Part shown: piece after piece, positions 20,745 through 32,208 of the stretch
How the letters are laid out: every line of letters starts with the position of its first letter
How positions within the stretch are numbered: position 1 is the first letter of the stretch
From: Anaeromyxobacteraceae bacterium
GTDB lineage: Bacteria; Myxococcota; Myxococcia; Myxococcales; Anaeromyxobacteraceae
Assembly (NCBI GenBank): GCA_032654565.1
Contig: JAULAX010000018.1
Location: 288,001 to 352,000 of the forward strand
Length of the DNA: 64,000 bases
Direction of reading: 5' to 3'
Made by a program: the position numbers and the translations under genes
Notes under the pieces: generated by a model
Told to the model about the DNA's origin: nothing
Seen by the model: the letters and a program-made list of their open reading frames with translations, nothing else
Databases searched by the model: none

Positions 20745-21852
20745 GCCGGGCGCCGAGCGCCAGCCCCTCCAGCCAGCCGGGGCCGTCGGGGATGGCCCGC
20801 GAGGCCTCGGCGCGCAGCCTCGCCTCCAGCGCCAGCCCCTCGGCCAGGGCGCGGGCCTCACCGTCGTCGAGGGCGCAGCTGGCCAGGAACGCCTGGCGCC
20901 TGGCGGCCGGCACGCCCAGCGCCTCCAGCCAGCGCCCCTCGGCGCCGGCCACCTCGTCGTCGGTGGCGGCGAGCCCCAGGGCCCGCGCCTGGGCGGCGAG
21001 GAGCAGGCGCATCAGGCCATCGGCGGCGAGGCGGCCGGCGTCGGGGCGTCCGGCCAGCGCCGCCAGCACCTCGCGCCCCGCCACCTCGGCGTCACCCACC
21101 CTGGCCCGGGCGGCGTCGAGCGCCAGCCGGCGCGCCTGGGTGGGCGGAGGCGGGCGCGCCGGGCGTGGCGGGGGCGGCGCCCCGGCCCGCCGGGCCCGGG
21201 CGTAGTCGAGCGCGGCGCACAGCGTGGCCCGGGCGTCCTCGGCCTTCTGCGACGGCGCCGCGGGGAGGAAGCGGCGCAGCGCCGCCGCGGTGGCGGCCGG
21301 CAGCCGGGCCTCGTCGAGCGCCCGCTCCCAGGTCCGCTCCTGGTAGAAGAGGGCGGCGGCGGCGCGTCGAAGGCGCCGACCTTCACGTTCGGTGACGAGC
21401 CCGGCGGCCACCGCCTCCTCGACGGCGCGCCGGACGTCGACCAGCGGCACGGTGAGCGGCCGGTAGCGGTGGGCCGCGGTGGCGTGGAGCAGCGCCACCT
21501 CGTCGTCGCCGGTGAGCCGCCCGTCGCGGTAGTCGGCGAAGATGCGGCCGACGCCGACCACCCCGAAGGCGGCCAGCTCGGCGGCCCGCAGCGCCCCCAT
21601 CGAGCCGCCGCCGAAGACCTGCACGCCGGCCGCCTGCGCCGCCAGCAGCTCGTGGTGCCAGACCGAGGGGACCGAGTCGAAGAGCCCGTCGACCAGGGCG
21701 ATGGCCAGCGGGCGGGCCGCCAGCACGGCGTGGACGTCGCCGGCGCGCGCCGGCGGGTGGAGCGTGACCGGGCCGAGGGCGACGGCCTCGGCGGCGGGGA
21801 GCGAGGGGCCGAGGAAGGCGACCACGTCGCCGGGGCGGAGGCGGGCCCTCAT
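20584..21852 (-). CDS. tfuA: TfuA-like protein with C-terminal helical extension
   Basis: AFLGPSL, IALVDGLF, SVWHHEL, GSMGALRAAEL, GVGRIF, DDEVALLH. Confidence 0.9.
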   Translation of the reverse strand: MRARLRPGDVVAFLGPSLPAAEAVALGPVTLHPPARAGDVHAVLAARPLAIALVDGLFDSVPSVWHHELLAAQAAGVQVFGGGSMGALRAAELAAFGVVGVGRIFADYRDGRLTGDDEVALLHATAAHRYRPLTVPLVDVRRAVEEAVAAGLVTEREGRRLRRAAAALFYQERTWERALDEARLPAATAAALRRFLPAAPSQKAEDARATLCAALDYARARRAGAPPPPRPARPPPPTQARRLALDAARARVGDAEVAGREVLAALAGRPDAGRLAADGLMRLLLAAQARALGLAATDDEVAGAEGRWLEALGVPAARRQAFLASCALDDGEARALAEGLALEARLRAEASRAIPDGPGWLEGLALGARLSGAWSAEAARLARGSAVARPAPSASSRRTPAAAPGSAPRSRASARRAPRRRR

Positions 21853-22946
21853 CCCAGAAGCTCCGAGCGGCGCAGCCCGGGGGCCAGCACCTTGACCACC
21901 GAGAGGCCGGGCGGGCCGTCGAGGTCGGCGGCCAGCGGGGAGACGCCGGCGGTGCCGAGCCGCCGCAGCAGCAGCGCCAGCTGGGCGGCGGCCGGGCGGG
22001 GCGGGTGGCTGGGCAGGTCGGCGGCGCCGCGGGTGGGGCGGGCGGCGTCGCACCAGCGCAGCAGGGGGGCGGCCGCCTCCCGCTCGGCGTGGAGGGCGTC
22101 CTCGCGGGCCCCGTGGATCTCGGTGAGGCGGGACTGGGCCGCCTCCAGCAGCGCCGCCAGCAGCGCCTCGTCGCGGGAGAGCCGGCAGGCATAGCCGGCC
22201 GCCAGCGGCACCGATCCCCCCTCCCGGTCGCCGAGCAGCGCCGCGGCGGTGGGGAGGCCGAGCGGGCCGGAGACGTCGAGCAGGTGGACGGCGAAGCCGC
22301 GGGCCTGGAGCGCGGCCTGCCAGGCGGCGGTCCGCGGCGCGGCGCGGTGGAGCGTGGCCGGGTCGAGGAGCCGGGCCTTCACCGCCGCCGGGGTGAAGCC
22401 GCGCGGCAGCGCCCGGGCCAGCTGGTCCCGCTCGCAGAGCTCCAGCAGCGCGTGGAGGAGCGCGGCGTCGCGGTCGGGGTGGGCGGCCAGGCCGGACGAG
22501 GTCCAGGGCACCACCGCCAGCCCGAGCGGCTCGGCGCCGGGGGGCGGGCAGTGGACGGCGTGGGCCGGGACCAGCCGGGCGGCGCCGCTGGCCAGCTCGA
22601 CCGCCTCGCGCCAGGCGAGCCGCAGGGTGCGCCAGCCGGGGGCGGCCCGGTCCGGGGCCAGCGTGGCCGGATCGAGGGCGGCGTCGCCGAACCGGGCGGC
22701 CAGGTCGGCGAAGCTGGCGCGGGCGTCGACGCGGGGGTGCTCGGCGGCGTCGAGCTCGGCCGCCTCGGAGAGGGCGCCGCGGGCCGCCTCCTCCCAGCGC
22801 TCCCCCTTGCCGGCCGAGACCTGCAGGACGTGGCCGCCGGGGCGGACGGCCGCCGCCACCTCGACGCCGGCCCGGTCGAGCCCGGTGATCCGGGCCACGC
22901 GGGTGACGCCCAGGGACCGCGCCAGCCGCGCCAGCCCGCCGCTCAT
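21849..22946 (-). CDS. ycaO: YcaO-family protein (TfuA-associated)
   Basis: GVTRVARITGLDR, VSAGKG, SEAAE, SSGLAA, ALLELCERD, ALLEAAQSR...GARED. Confidence 0.9.
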   Translation of the reverse strand: MSGGLARLARSLGVTRVARITGLDRAGVEVAAAVRPGGHVLQVSAGKGERWEEAARGALSEAAELDAAEHPRVDARASFADLAARFGDAALDPATLAPDRAAPGWRTLRLAWREAVELASGAARLVPAHAVHCPPPGAEPLGLAVVPWTSSGLAAHPDRDAALLHALLELCERDQLARALPRGFTPAAVKARLLDPATLHRAAPRTAAWQAALQARGFAVHLLDVSGPLGLPTAAALLGDREGGSVPLAAGYACRLSRDEALLAALLEAAQSRLTEIHGAREDALHAEREAAAPLLRWCDAARPTRGAADLPSHPPRPAAAQLALLLRRLGTAGVSPLAADLDGPPGLSVVKVLAPGLRRSELLG

Positions 22947-25138
22947 CGGGCCAGGTTCTCCTTGAGGAAGCCGAGCGCCCGCTCCCAGATCCGCGCCACG
23001 TAGGCCGGGTCGCCGGAGGCGAGCGCCAGGTGGGTGAGGCCGGGCAGCACCAGCAGCTCGTACCGCTTGCCGGCCCGCATCAGGGCGTCGGCCAGCTTGA
23101 GCGAGTTGAAGAAGTAGACGTTGTCGTCGGCGGTGCCGTGGATGATCAGCAGCGGCCGCTCCAGCCGGGGCGCCCAGGTGAGCAGCGAGGAGCGCCGGTA
23201 GGCCTCCGGCTGCTCGGCGGGCAGGCCGAGGTAGCGCTCGGTGTAGGCGGTGTCGTAGTCGGCCCAGTCGACCACCGGCGCCCCGGCCACCGCCGCCTTG
23301 AAGATGGCCGGGTAGCGCATCACCGCCAGGGCCGCGAAGTAGCCGCCGAAGGACCAGCCCTCGACGCCGACCCGGGTGAGGTCGAGCTCGGGGATGACCG
23401 CGCCCAGCGCCTGCAGCGCCGTCACCTGGTCGTCGAGCGCCGGCCCGGCGAAGTCGCCGCGGATGGCCCGCTCCCAGTCGCGCCCGCGCCGCGGCGTGCC
23501 GCGCCCGTCGATGGCGACGTGGATGAACCCCTGGTCGGCGATCCACTGGGCCAGGTGGTCGGGGTGGACCCCCACCACCTGGGCGTGCGGGCCGCCGTAG
23601 ACCGAGAGGTAGACCGGCAGCTTGACGCCGGGGCGGGCCGCCCGCGGCCGGATCACCGCGGCGTAGAAGCCCGGGGCCGGCCCCACCTTGAAGATCTCGG
23701 CCCCGGGTTCGAAGGGCGGCTTCTCGGCCACCGAGGGGAGGTCGGTGAGCCGCCGGCCGTCGACCCGGTAGACCGCGGGGACCGCCGAGGCCGCCGAGGT
23801 GGAGCGCCCCACCAGCAGCACCTCGCCGTTCCTGGAGAGCTGGGCGCTGGTGGAGACCGGGACCACCGGGGCCAGCCACTCCTCGGGCGGGGCCCCGTCC
23901 TTGACCACGTAGAGGCGCGACTGCGTCGGCTCGGGGCCGCCGGTGAACCAGAGCCAGCGCCGCTTCTCGTCGTAGCCGACCAGGCGGGCCAGCCCGGCGC
24001 TCCCCTTCACCCAGGTGGAGGCCACGCTGCCGTCGGCGCGGCGCAGCTCCACCTCCGGCCAGCCGGTCCGCTCGGAGAGCCAGAAGAAGCCCGAGCCGTC
24101 CTCCTTCCAGAGCGGGAAGCCCTGCACCAGGTTGACCCAGGCGGCGTCCTTCTCCTCGACCAGCACCCGGGTGGCGCCGGTGGCGGGGTCGGCGGCCAGC
24201 AGCGCCAGCTCGGTCTGCGCCCGGTTGAGGACCACCAGCGAGAGCGGGCCCCCGTCGGTCCAGCGGACGGCGCCGAGGTAGGGGTAGCGCTCGCGGTCCC
24301 AGCTCACCCAGACCGGCGGGCCGCCGGCGGCCGGCGAGACCGCCAGCTTGACGCTGGCGTTGGCGTGGCCGGCGCGCGGGTAGCGGAAGCTGTCGGCGGG
24401 CTGCTCGGGGTGGAGCGGATCGTGGATGGTGAAGGTCTCGACGGCGCGCTGGTCGGTCTCCTGCCAGGCCACCAGCCTGGAGTCGGGCGACCACCAGTAA
24501 CCGGAGAAGCGGTCCAGCTCCTCCTGGGCGGCGAACTCGGCCAGGCCGTGGGGGACGTCGGCGACGCCGCCGGTGGTGAGCGGCCGCTCCACGTTGGTGG
24601 CGAGATCGAGCAGCCGCACGTCGTGGTCGACCACGTAGGAGAGGGTCCTGCCGTCGGGCGAGAAGCGCGGGTCGAGCGGCCGGCCGCCGGCCTTGAGCGG
24701 GGTGATGGCCCCGGTGGCCCGCTCCAGCAGGTAGAGCCTGCCCCCCACGGTGACCGCCAGCCGCCGGCCGTCCTTGCTGAGCTGGAAGGCGGTGATGCCG
24801 CGGGTGGTGATCCGCTGTCGCTCCAGCTGGGCCCGCTCGGCGGCGGTGAGGGCGGCCGAGCCGCCGTCCAGCAGCCGCTCGGCGCTGGCCAGCTCGCGGG
24901 TCTCGCCGCTCCGCAGGTCGGTGGTGTAGAGCGCCGCCACCGGCGAGCGGGGCGGGGAGCGCAGGAAGATGGCGGCGTCGCCGTCGGGCGTCAGGGCCAC
25001 CCGCGACGGCCGTCCGGCGGAGAAGCGGCGGGTCTCGAGATAGCGCTTCAGGAACGGCTCGGCCTCGGGGGAGGCCGGCGCGGCGGGGCCGGCGACGGCG
25101 GCGGCGGCGAGGAGCAGGGGGAGGAGCGGGCCGATCAT
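22943..25138 (-). CDS. S9B dipeptidyl-peptidase IV-like peptidase
   Basis: Signal peptide, AQEE, GYWWSPDS, VYGGP, GWSFGG, YDTAYTERY, HGTADDNV. Confidence 0.92.
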   Translation of the reverse strand: MIGPLLPLLLAAAAVAGPAAPASPEAEPFLKRYLETRRFSAGRPSRVALTPDGDAAIFLRSPPRSPVAALYTTDLRSGETRELASAERLLDGGSAALTAAERAQLERQRITTRGITAFQLSKDGRRLAVTVGGRLYLLERATGAITPLKAGGRPLDPRFSPDGRTLSYVVDHDVRLLDLATNVERPLTTGGVADVPHGLAEFAAQEELDRFSGYWWSPDSRLVAWQETDQRAVETFTIHDPLHPEQPADSFRYPRAGHANASVKLAVSPAAGGPPVWVSWDRERYPYLGAVRWTDGGPLSLVVLNRAQTELALLAADPATGATRVLVEEKDAAWVNLVQGFPLWKEDGSGFFWLSERTGWPEVELRRADGSVASTWVKGSAGLARLVGYDEKRRWLWFTGGPEPTQSRLYVVKDGAPPEEWLAPVVPVSTSAQLSRNGEVLLVGRSTSAASAVPAVYRVDGRRLTDLPSVAEKPPFEPGAEIFKVGPAPGFYAAVIRPRAARPGVKLPVYLSVYGGPHAQVVGVHPDHLAQWIADQGFIHVAIDGRGTPRRGRDWERAIRGDFAGPALDDQVTALQALGAVIPELDLTRVGVEGWSFGGYFAALAVMRYPAIFKAAVAGAPVVDWADYDTAYTERYLGLPAEQPEAYRRSSLLTWAPRLERPLLIIHGTADDNVYFFNSLKLADALMRAGKRYELLVLPGLTHLALASGDPAYVARIWERALGFLKENLAR

Positions 25139-25746
25139 GGCCGGGGAGTCTCGCACGATCCGGCCAGCCAGCGGGACGCCAGCCGGGAGAAGGCCCGCTC
25201 CCGCAGCGCCGCCTCGCGGAAGCCGTCGCAGCGCGGTCCGGGTGGCGCCTGGGGGCAGGCCAGGCAGGCGGTCCGGTCGGGGCCGCGCCGGCGGTAGGCG
25301 AGCAGGCCGGCGGCGACGATGGCGGCGCTGCTGGCCGCGGTGGCGACGCCGGACCAGTCGCCGGGGTGGGCGGTGGCCGCGGCGCGCAGGCCGGCCACCA
25401 GCAGGGCGGCGGCCAGCGCGGTGGGGGCGGCGCGGGTGAGCCACTTGGTGGCGTGGCGGCCGCGGCGCGGCGCCAGGGCCAGCCCGGCCCCGCCGGCCAG
25501 CACGGCCGGGCCGAGCAGCAGCAGCTCCACCGGCAGCGGGGGCGACCACCAGCCGGCCAGGGCGCCCAGCAGCGCGCCGGCGGCGGCCAGCGTGCAGCCG
25601 CGGCAGAGCCGGGTGCGGCGGCCGAGGCGCACCACCTCGCCGGCGTAGGCGCCGCAGAGCGGGTGGTGGGCGTAGCGGTGGAAGCGGTGGGCGTGGCCCG
25701 CCAGCCGGTCGATGCGGCCGGCCAGGCCCGGCGGGATCCGGCTCAT
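25135..25746 (-). CDS. Hypothetical membrane protein with His/Cys clusters
   Basis: HAHRFHRYAHHPLC, LCRGC, about 4 TM segments, CLACP...C; 4-nt overlap with next gene. Confidence 0.7.
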   Translation of the reverse strand: MSRIPPGLAGRIDRLAGHAHRFHRYAHHPLCGAYAGEVVRLGRRTRLCRGCTLAAAGALLGALAGWWSPPLPVELLLLGPAVLAGGAGLALAPRRGRHATKWLTRAAPTALAAALLVAGLRAAATAHPGDWSGVATAASSAAIVAAGLLAYRRRGPDRTACLACPQAPPGPRCDGFREAALRERAFSRLASRWLAGSCETPRP

Positions 25747-25777
25747 GGGGGCGGGCCCGGCGGCGGCGCGCGCGGGG

Positions 25778-26128
25778 TCACACCGCGGGCCGGACCACCA
25801 CCGCGGTGCCGTAGGCCACGATCTCGTTGGTGTTCTGCATCAGCTCGGAGGAGTCGAAGCGCATCCCCAGCACGCAGTTGGCCCCCATCTGGCGGGCGTT
25901 CTGCTCGAGCCGGTTCATGGCCTCGTTGCGGGTGTCGTTGGCCAGCTCGGTGAACATGGTGATCTCGCCGCCGAAGATGGTCTGCAGGCCGGCGCAGGTG
26001 GTGCCGACGACGCTGCGGCTGCGCACCGTGATCCCCCAGCACGGGCCGATGAGCCGCTCGATGACGTGGCCGGGCGGCGGATCGAAGGTGGTCTGGATGG
26101 GGATGGCGTGGCGGAGGACGGTGGTCAT
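25778..26128 (-). CDS. YbjQ/UPF0145 family protein
   Basis: GITVRSR, FGGEI, ARQMGANCVLGMRFD, EIVAYGTAV. Confidence 0.88.
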   Translation of the reverse strand: MTTVLRHAIPIQTTFDPPPGHVIERLIGPCWGITVRSRSVVGTTCAGLQTIFGGEITMFTELANDTRNEAMNRLEQNARQMGANCVLGMRFDSSELMQNTNEIVAYGTAVVVRPAV

Positions 26129-26139
26129 CGGGGCTCCTG

Positions 26140-26167
26140 GGGTCTGGGGCGATGCTACCCCAGACCC
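26140..26167. repeat. Perfect 10-bp inverted repeat
   Basis: GGGTCTGGGG-N8-CCCCAGACCC between the ybjQ-like gene and glgP. Confidence 0.7.
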
Positions 26168-26287
26168 GGCCGTCGCGGGGGCGCAGGCGGGGCGCGCCGG
26201 GGCGCCCTCTCGCGGTAGGATGCGCGGCCCGGCCGGCCCGGTTACAGACCGGGGCCGTCGCCGGCCCAACGTCGCAGGAGGATGAGG

Positions 26288-28813
<2,526 letters not shown>

Positions 28814-28826
28814 CCCCGGGCGCCGG

Positions 28827-30902
28827 TCAGCGGAGGCCGAAGAACCCGGGCCAGCCGGTGGCGGCCAGTGGCGGGACGATGGCCCCCGGCGGGCAGCCGC
28901 AGGGGGCGGAGGCGGTGTCTGGCGACCAGCCGACCTGGGCCGTGCCGGTCACGGCGACCGGGTTCAGACCGAGTCCCCAGGTGATGCGGGCAGCCGGGCA
29001 CCCCGAGACCAGGTACGGGCCGAAGAGCGTGTAGCCATTGGTGTCGACGTCCAGCCCGAAGAGGGCCGCCCCGGGGGCTGCGCCGGCCTGGCAGTAGAGC
29101 CCGCCTCCGACCGCCGAGACGGCGGCGCCGGTGATCTGTCCGGCGCCCACCCCGATCGACAGCCCGGGGAGGGTCAGGCGAGTGGCCGCCTGGACGCTGC
29201 CGCTGAAGTGGGCCGCCGCCAGCACCTGGCCGAACGGGATGAGGTTCTGGTAGGCCCCCGCCAGCTGCCAGTCCTCGACGATGCCGGGCTTGCCCCCGCA
29301 GGCCGGCGCGTCGTTGCGCAGCCGGAAGGCGCAGCTGCCCGTCGCGGAGAGGGTCCCGTTCGAGGCCACCACCGTCCACCCGCCGCCGTCGGTGACCATG
29401 TCGCAGTAGACGTCGAAGCCGGTCACTCCGTCGGGCGCGATCCGGTAGACGCCACTGTTGGTCGCGCCCGCCTCGACCAGCGCCGACTTGCAGGTGGCTG
29501 GTGCGCAGAGGCCGGCGAGGCAGGTGCTGCTGGCCCCGGCGCAGTCGCCGTTGGCCGCGCAGGTGGCCCCCGGTCCGCAGGCCGGGCAGGTGCCGCCGCC
29601 GCAGTCGACGCCGGTCTCCAGGCCGTTCTTGACCATGTCGGTGCAGGTCGCCGCCTGGCACTTGCCGGCGGAGCAGACCTTGCTGGCGCAGTCGGCGTTG
29701 GCGGCGCAGGCCTTGCTGTCGGCGCAGGGCGCGCAGGGGCCGCCGCAGTCGACGTCGGTCTCGGCGCCGTTCTTGACGCCGTCGTTGCAGGCCGCCGTCC
29801 GGCACACCCCGGCGGCGCAGACGCCGCTCCGGCAGTCGGCGGCCAGGGCGCAGGCCTTGGTGTCGGCGCACGGCCCGCAGGAGCCGCCGCAGTCGACGTC
29901 GGTCTCGGTGCCGTTCTTGACGCCGTCAGTGCAGGTCGAGGACGCGCAGAACCCGCCCGCGCAGACGGCGGAGGTGCAGTCGCGGGGGAGGAGGCAGGTC
30001 TTCCCCGGCGGGCAGGAGGCGCAGCCGCCCCCGCCGCAGTCCGGGGCGGTCTCGGTGCCGTTGGTGACGCCGTCGTTGCAGGCGGGGAAGGCGCAGGCCC
30101 CGCCAGAGCAGACGGCGCTGTCGCAGTCGCCGCCGGCGTTGCAGGCCTTCCCGGGCGGGCAGAGCGGGCAGGCCCCGCCGCCGCAGTCGACGGCCGTCTC
30201 GCCGCCGTTCTTCACCATGTCGGCGCAGGAGGCTGGCTGGCAGGTGAGCCCGTCGCAGACCAGGCTGGCGCAGTCGCCGGGGCCGGCGCAGCGCTGCCCG
30301 TCGAAGCAGGGCGGGCAGGTGCCGCCGCAGTCGACGTCGGTCTCGGTGCCGTTCATCATCCCGTCGCCGCAGGAGGGGGTGACGCAGGTGCCCGATCCGC
30401 AGTAATTGGCCTGGCAGTCGCCGTTGCTGGTGCAGGTCTTGCCGTCGGCGCAGGGCGGGCAGGCGCCGCCGCCGCAGTCGACGTCGGTCTCGGTGGCGTT
30501 CTTCACCAGGTCGGCGCAGGTCGGCGCCCGGCAGGTGGCGGCGGTGCAGACCAGGCTGGCGCAGTCGGGCCCCGCGGTGCAGGCCTTGCCGTCGGCGCAG
30601 GCAGGGCAGGGGCCGCCGCAGTCGACGTCCAGCTCGGCGCCGTTCTTGACGGCATCGGCGCAGGTGGGCAGCTGGCAGGTGGCGCCGCTGCAGACCCGGC
30701 TCGCGCAGTCGGTGGCGGCGGCGCAGGCGCGGGCGGCCGGGCAGGGGGCGCAGGCGGTCCCGCCGCAGTCGACGTCGGTCTCGGCACCGTTCTTGACGGT
30801 GTCGGTGCAGGTCGGCGCCGGCGCCGCCGGGCTGGAGCCGCAGGCGGCGAGCAGGAGCAGGGCGGTGGAGGCGGCGAGTCGGGACCAGGTGGCGAGCGAC
30901 AT
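28827..30902 (-). CDS. Cys-rich repeat lipoprotein with C-terminal fibrinogen-like domain
   Basis: Lipobox LAAC; nine ~50-aa repeats C-x-D-x-x-x-N-x-x-E-x-x-x-DCGG; VYCDMVTDGGGWT. Confidence 0.85.
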   Translation of the reverse strand: MSLATWSRLAASTALLLLAACGSSPAAPAPTCTDTVKNGAETDVDCGGTACAPCPAARACAAATDCASRVCSGATCQLPTCADAVKNGAELDVDCGGPCPACADGKACTAGPDCASLVCTAATCRAPTCADLVKNATETDVDCGGGACPPCADGKTCTSNGDCQANYCGSGTCVTPSCGDGMMNGTETDVDCGGTCPPCFDGQRCAGPGDCASLVCDGLTCQPASCADMVKNGGETAVDCGGGACPLCPPGKACNAGGDCDSAVCSGGACAFPACNDGVTNGTETAPDCGGGGCASCPPGKTCLLPRDCTSAVCAGGFCASSTCTDGVKNGTETDVDCGGSCGPCADTKACALAADCRSGVCAAGVCRTAACNDGVKNGAETDVDCGGPCAPCADSKACAANADCASKVCSAGKCQAATCTDMVKNGLETGVDCGGGTCPACGPGATCAANGDCAGASSTCLAGLCAPATCKSALVEAGATNSGVYRIAPDGVTGFDVYCDMVTDGGGWTVVASNGTLSATGSCAFRLRNDAPACGGKPGIVEDWQLAGAYQNLIPFGQVLAAAHFSGSVQAATRLTLPGLSIGVGAGQITGAAVSAVGGGLYCQAGAAPGAALFGLDVDTNGYTLFGPYLVSGCPAARITWGLGLNPVAVTGTAQVGWSPDTASAPCGCPPGAIVPPLAATGWPGFFGLR

Positions 30903-31041
30903 GGTGGAGCCTCCGGGGCGGCGCCACCACCGTGGTGGGTGCGCTCGCAGTGAAGTCCCGACCTCTGTAGCACGCTGTACGCAACGTGGATGGGCAATCC
31001 GCCACAGGCCCGAGGGAGGGTGCCAGGCGGGGTCGGTCCTG

Positions 31042-31557
31042 TCACCCGTCCGCGGGACGCCAGCCGAACCGTGCCAGCTCCACCCGCCCCCGGCCGTCGA
31101 CCACCACCCCCTCGCGCTCGAGCAGCGCCCGCTGCGCCGCCGCGCCGACCGGGTCGCGCAGCGAGATGCCGGCCCGCCCGGCGCCGCGGGCCCCGAGCAC
31201 CCGCTGCCAGGGCACGTCGTGGACGGTGCTGCGCAGCGCCGAGAGGGCGTAGCCGCAGAGCCGGGCCCCGCGCGGCCGGCCGGCCAGCGCCGCCACCTGG
31301 CCGTAGGTGGCCACCTTCCCGCGTGGGATGCGACGCGCCACCTCGTAGAAGGGCTCGAACTTCACCACCACGCCGCCCGTCCCACGGCCACTGGCCGCCC
31401 GTTCGCCTCCGCCGGCCTCGCGACCACCATCGCCTCCGCCACCACCAGCGCCGCGCCCGACGGTCCTGGACGGCCTGGCCGGCTTCGCGGAACCGCCCGC
31501 CGTTCCGCGGCCTTTGGTCGCGTCACCCCCTCGTCGCACGGCTCCGGCCCTCTTCAT
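31042..31557 (-). CDS. Alkyltransferase-like (ATL/YbaZ) DNA-damage-binding protein
   Basis: IPRGKVATYGQVA, PWQRV instead of catalytic PCHRV; start uncertain (31557 with GAGGA, or about 31371). Confidence 0.85.
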   Translation of the reverse strand: MKRAGAVRRGGDATKGRGTAGGSAKPARPSRTVGRGAGGGGGDGGREAGGGERAASGRGTGGVVVKFEPFYEVARRIPRGKVATYGQVAALAGRPRGARLCGYALSALRSTVHDVPWQRVLGARGAGRAGISLRDPVGAAAQRALLEREGVVVDGRGRVELARFGWRPADG

Positions 31558-31620
31558 GTCATCCTCGCTCGACCCGACGGGGGCGCCACTCGCCACCCGT
31601 TCCGGATTAGGTTACCCCCC

Positions 31621-32202
31621 ATGACCCACACCCGCACCGTCGTCGCCGTCGCCGCCGCCCTCCTGCTGGGCGGCTGCGGTTACCAGTCGATCCCCCGCGC
31701 CGAGAACGCCGTCACCGCCGGCTGGGCCGAGGTGGAGAACCAGTACCAGCGCCGCTCCGACCTGGTCCCCAACCTGGTGGAGACGGTGAAGGGCTACGCC
31801 TCGCACGAGAAGGCGACGCTGGAGGGGGTGATGGAGGCCCGGGCCAAGGCCACCTCGGTGCAGATCTCGGCCAACGACCTGACGCCGGAGAAGCTCAAGG
31901 CCTTCGAGGCGGCGCAGGGGCAGCTGCGCGGCGCGCTGGGGCGGCTGCTGGCGGTGGCCGAGAACTACCCGCAGCTCAAGGCCAACGAGAACTTCCGCGA
32001 CCTGCAGGCCCAGCTGGAGGGGACCGAGAACCGCATCACCATCGCCCGTCGCCGCTACATCGAGGTGGTGCAGGCCTTCAACGACCTGGTCACCGTCCCG
32101 CCCACCAGCTGGACCAACTCGCTGTTCTACAAGAAGCAGCCCAAGGCGCAGTTCCAGGCCACCACGCCGGACGCCGCCACCGCGCCCAAGGTGAAGTTCT
32201 AG
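31621..32202 (+). CDS. lemA: LemA-family lipoprotein
   Basis: YQRRSDLVPNLVETVKGYA, ENYPQLKA, LEGTENRI. Confidence 0.95.
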   Translation: MTHTRTVVAVAAALLLGGCGYQSIPRAENAVTAGWAEVENQYQRRSDLVPNLVETVKGYASHEKATLEGVMEARAKATSVQISANDLTPEKLKAFEAAQGQLRGALGRLLAVAENYPQLKANENFRDLQAQLEGTENRITIARRRYIEVVQAFNDLVTVPPTSWTNSLFYKKQPKAQFQATTPDAATAPKVKF

Positions 32203-32208
32203 GCCCCG

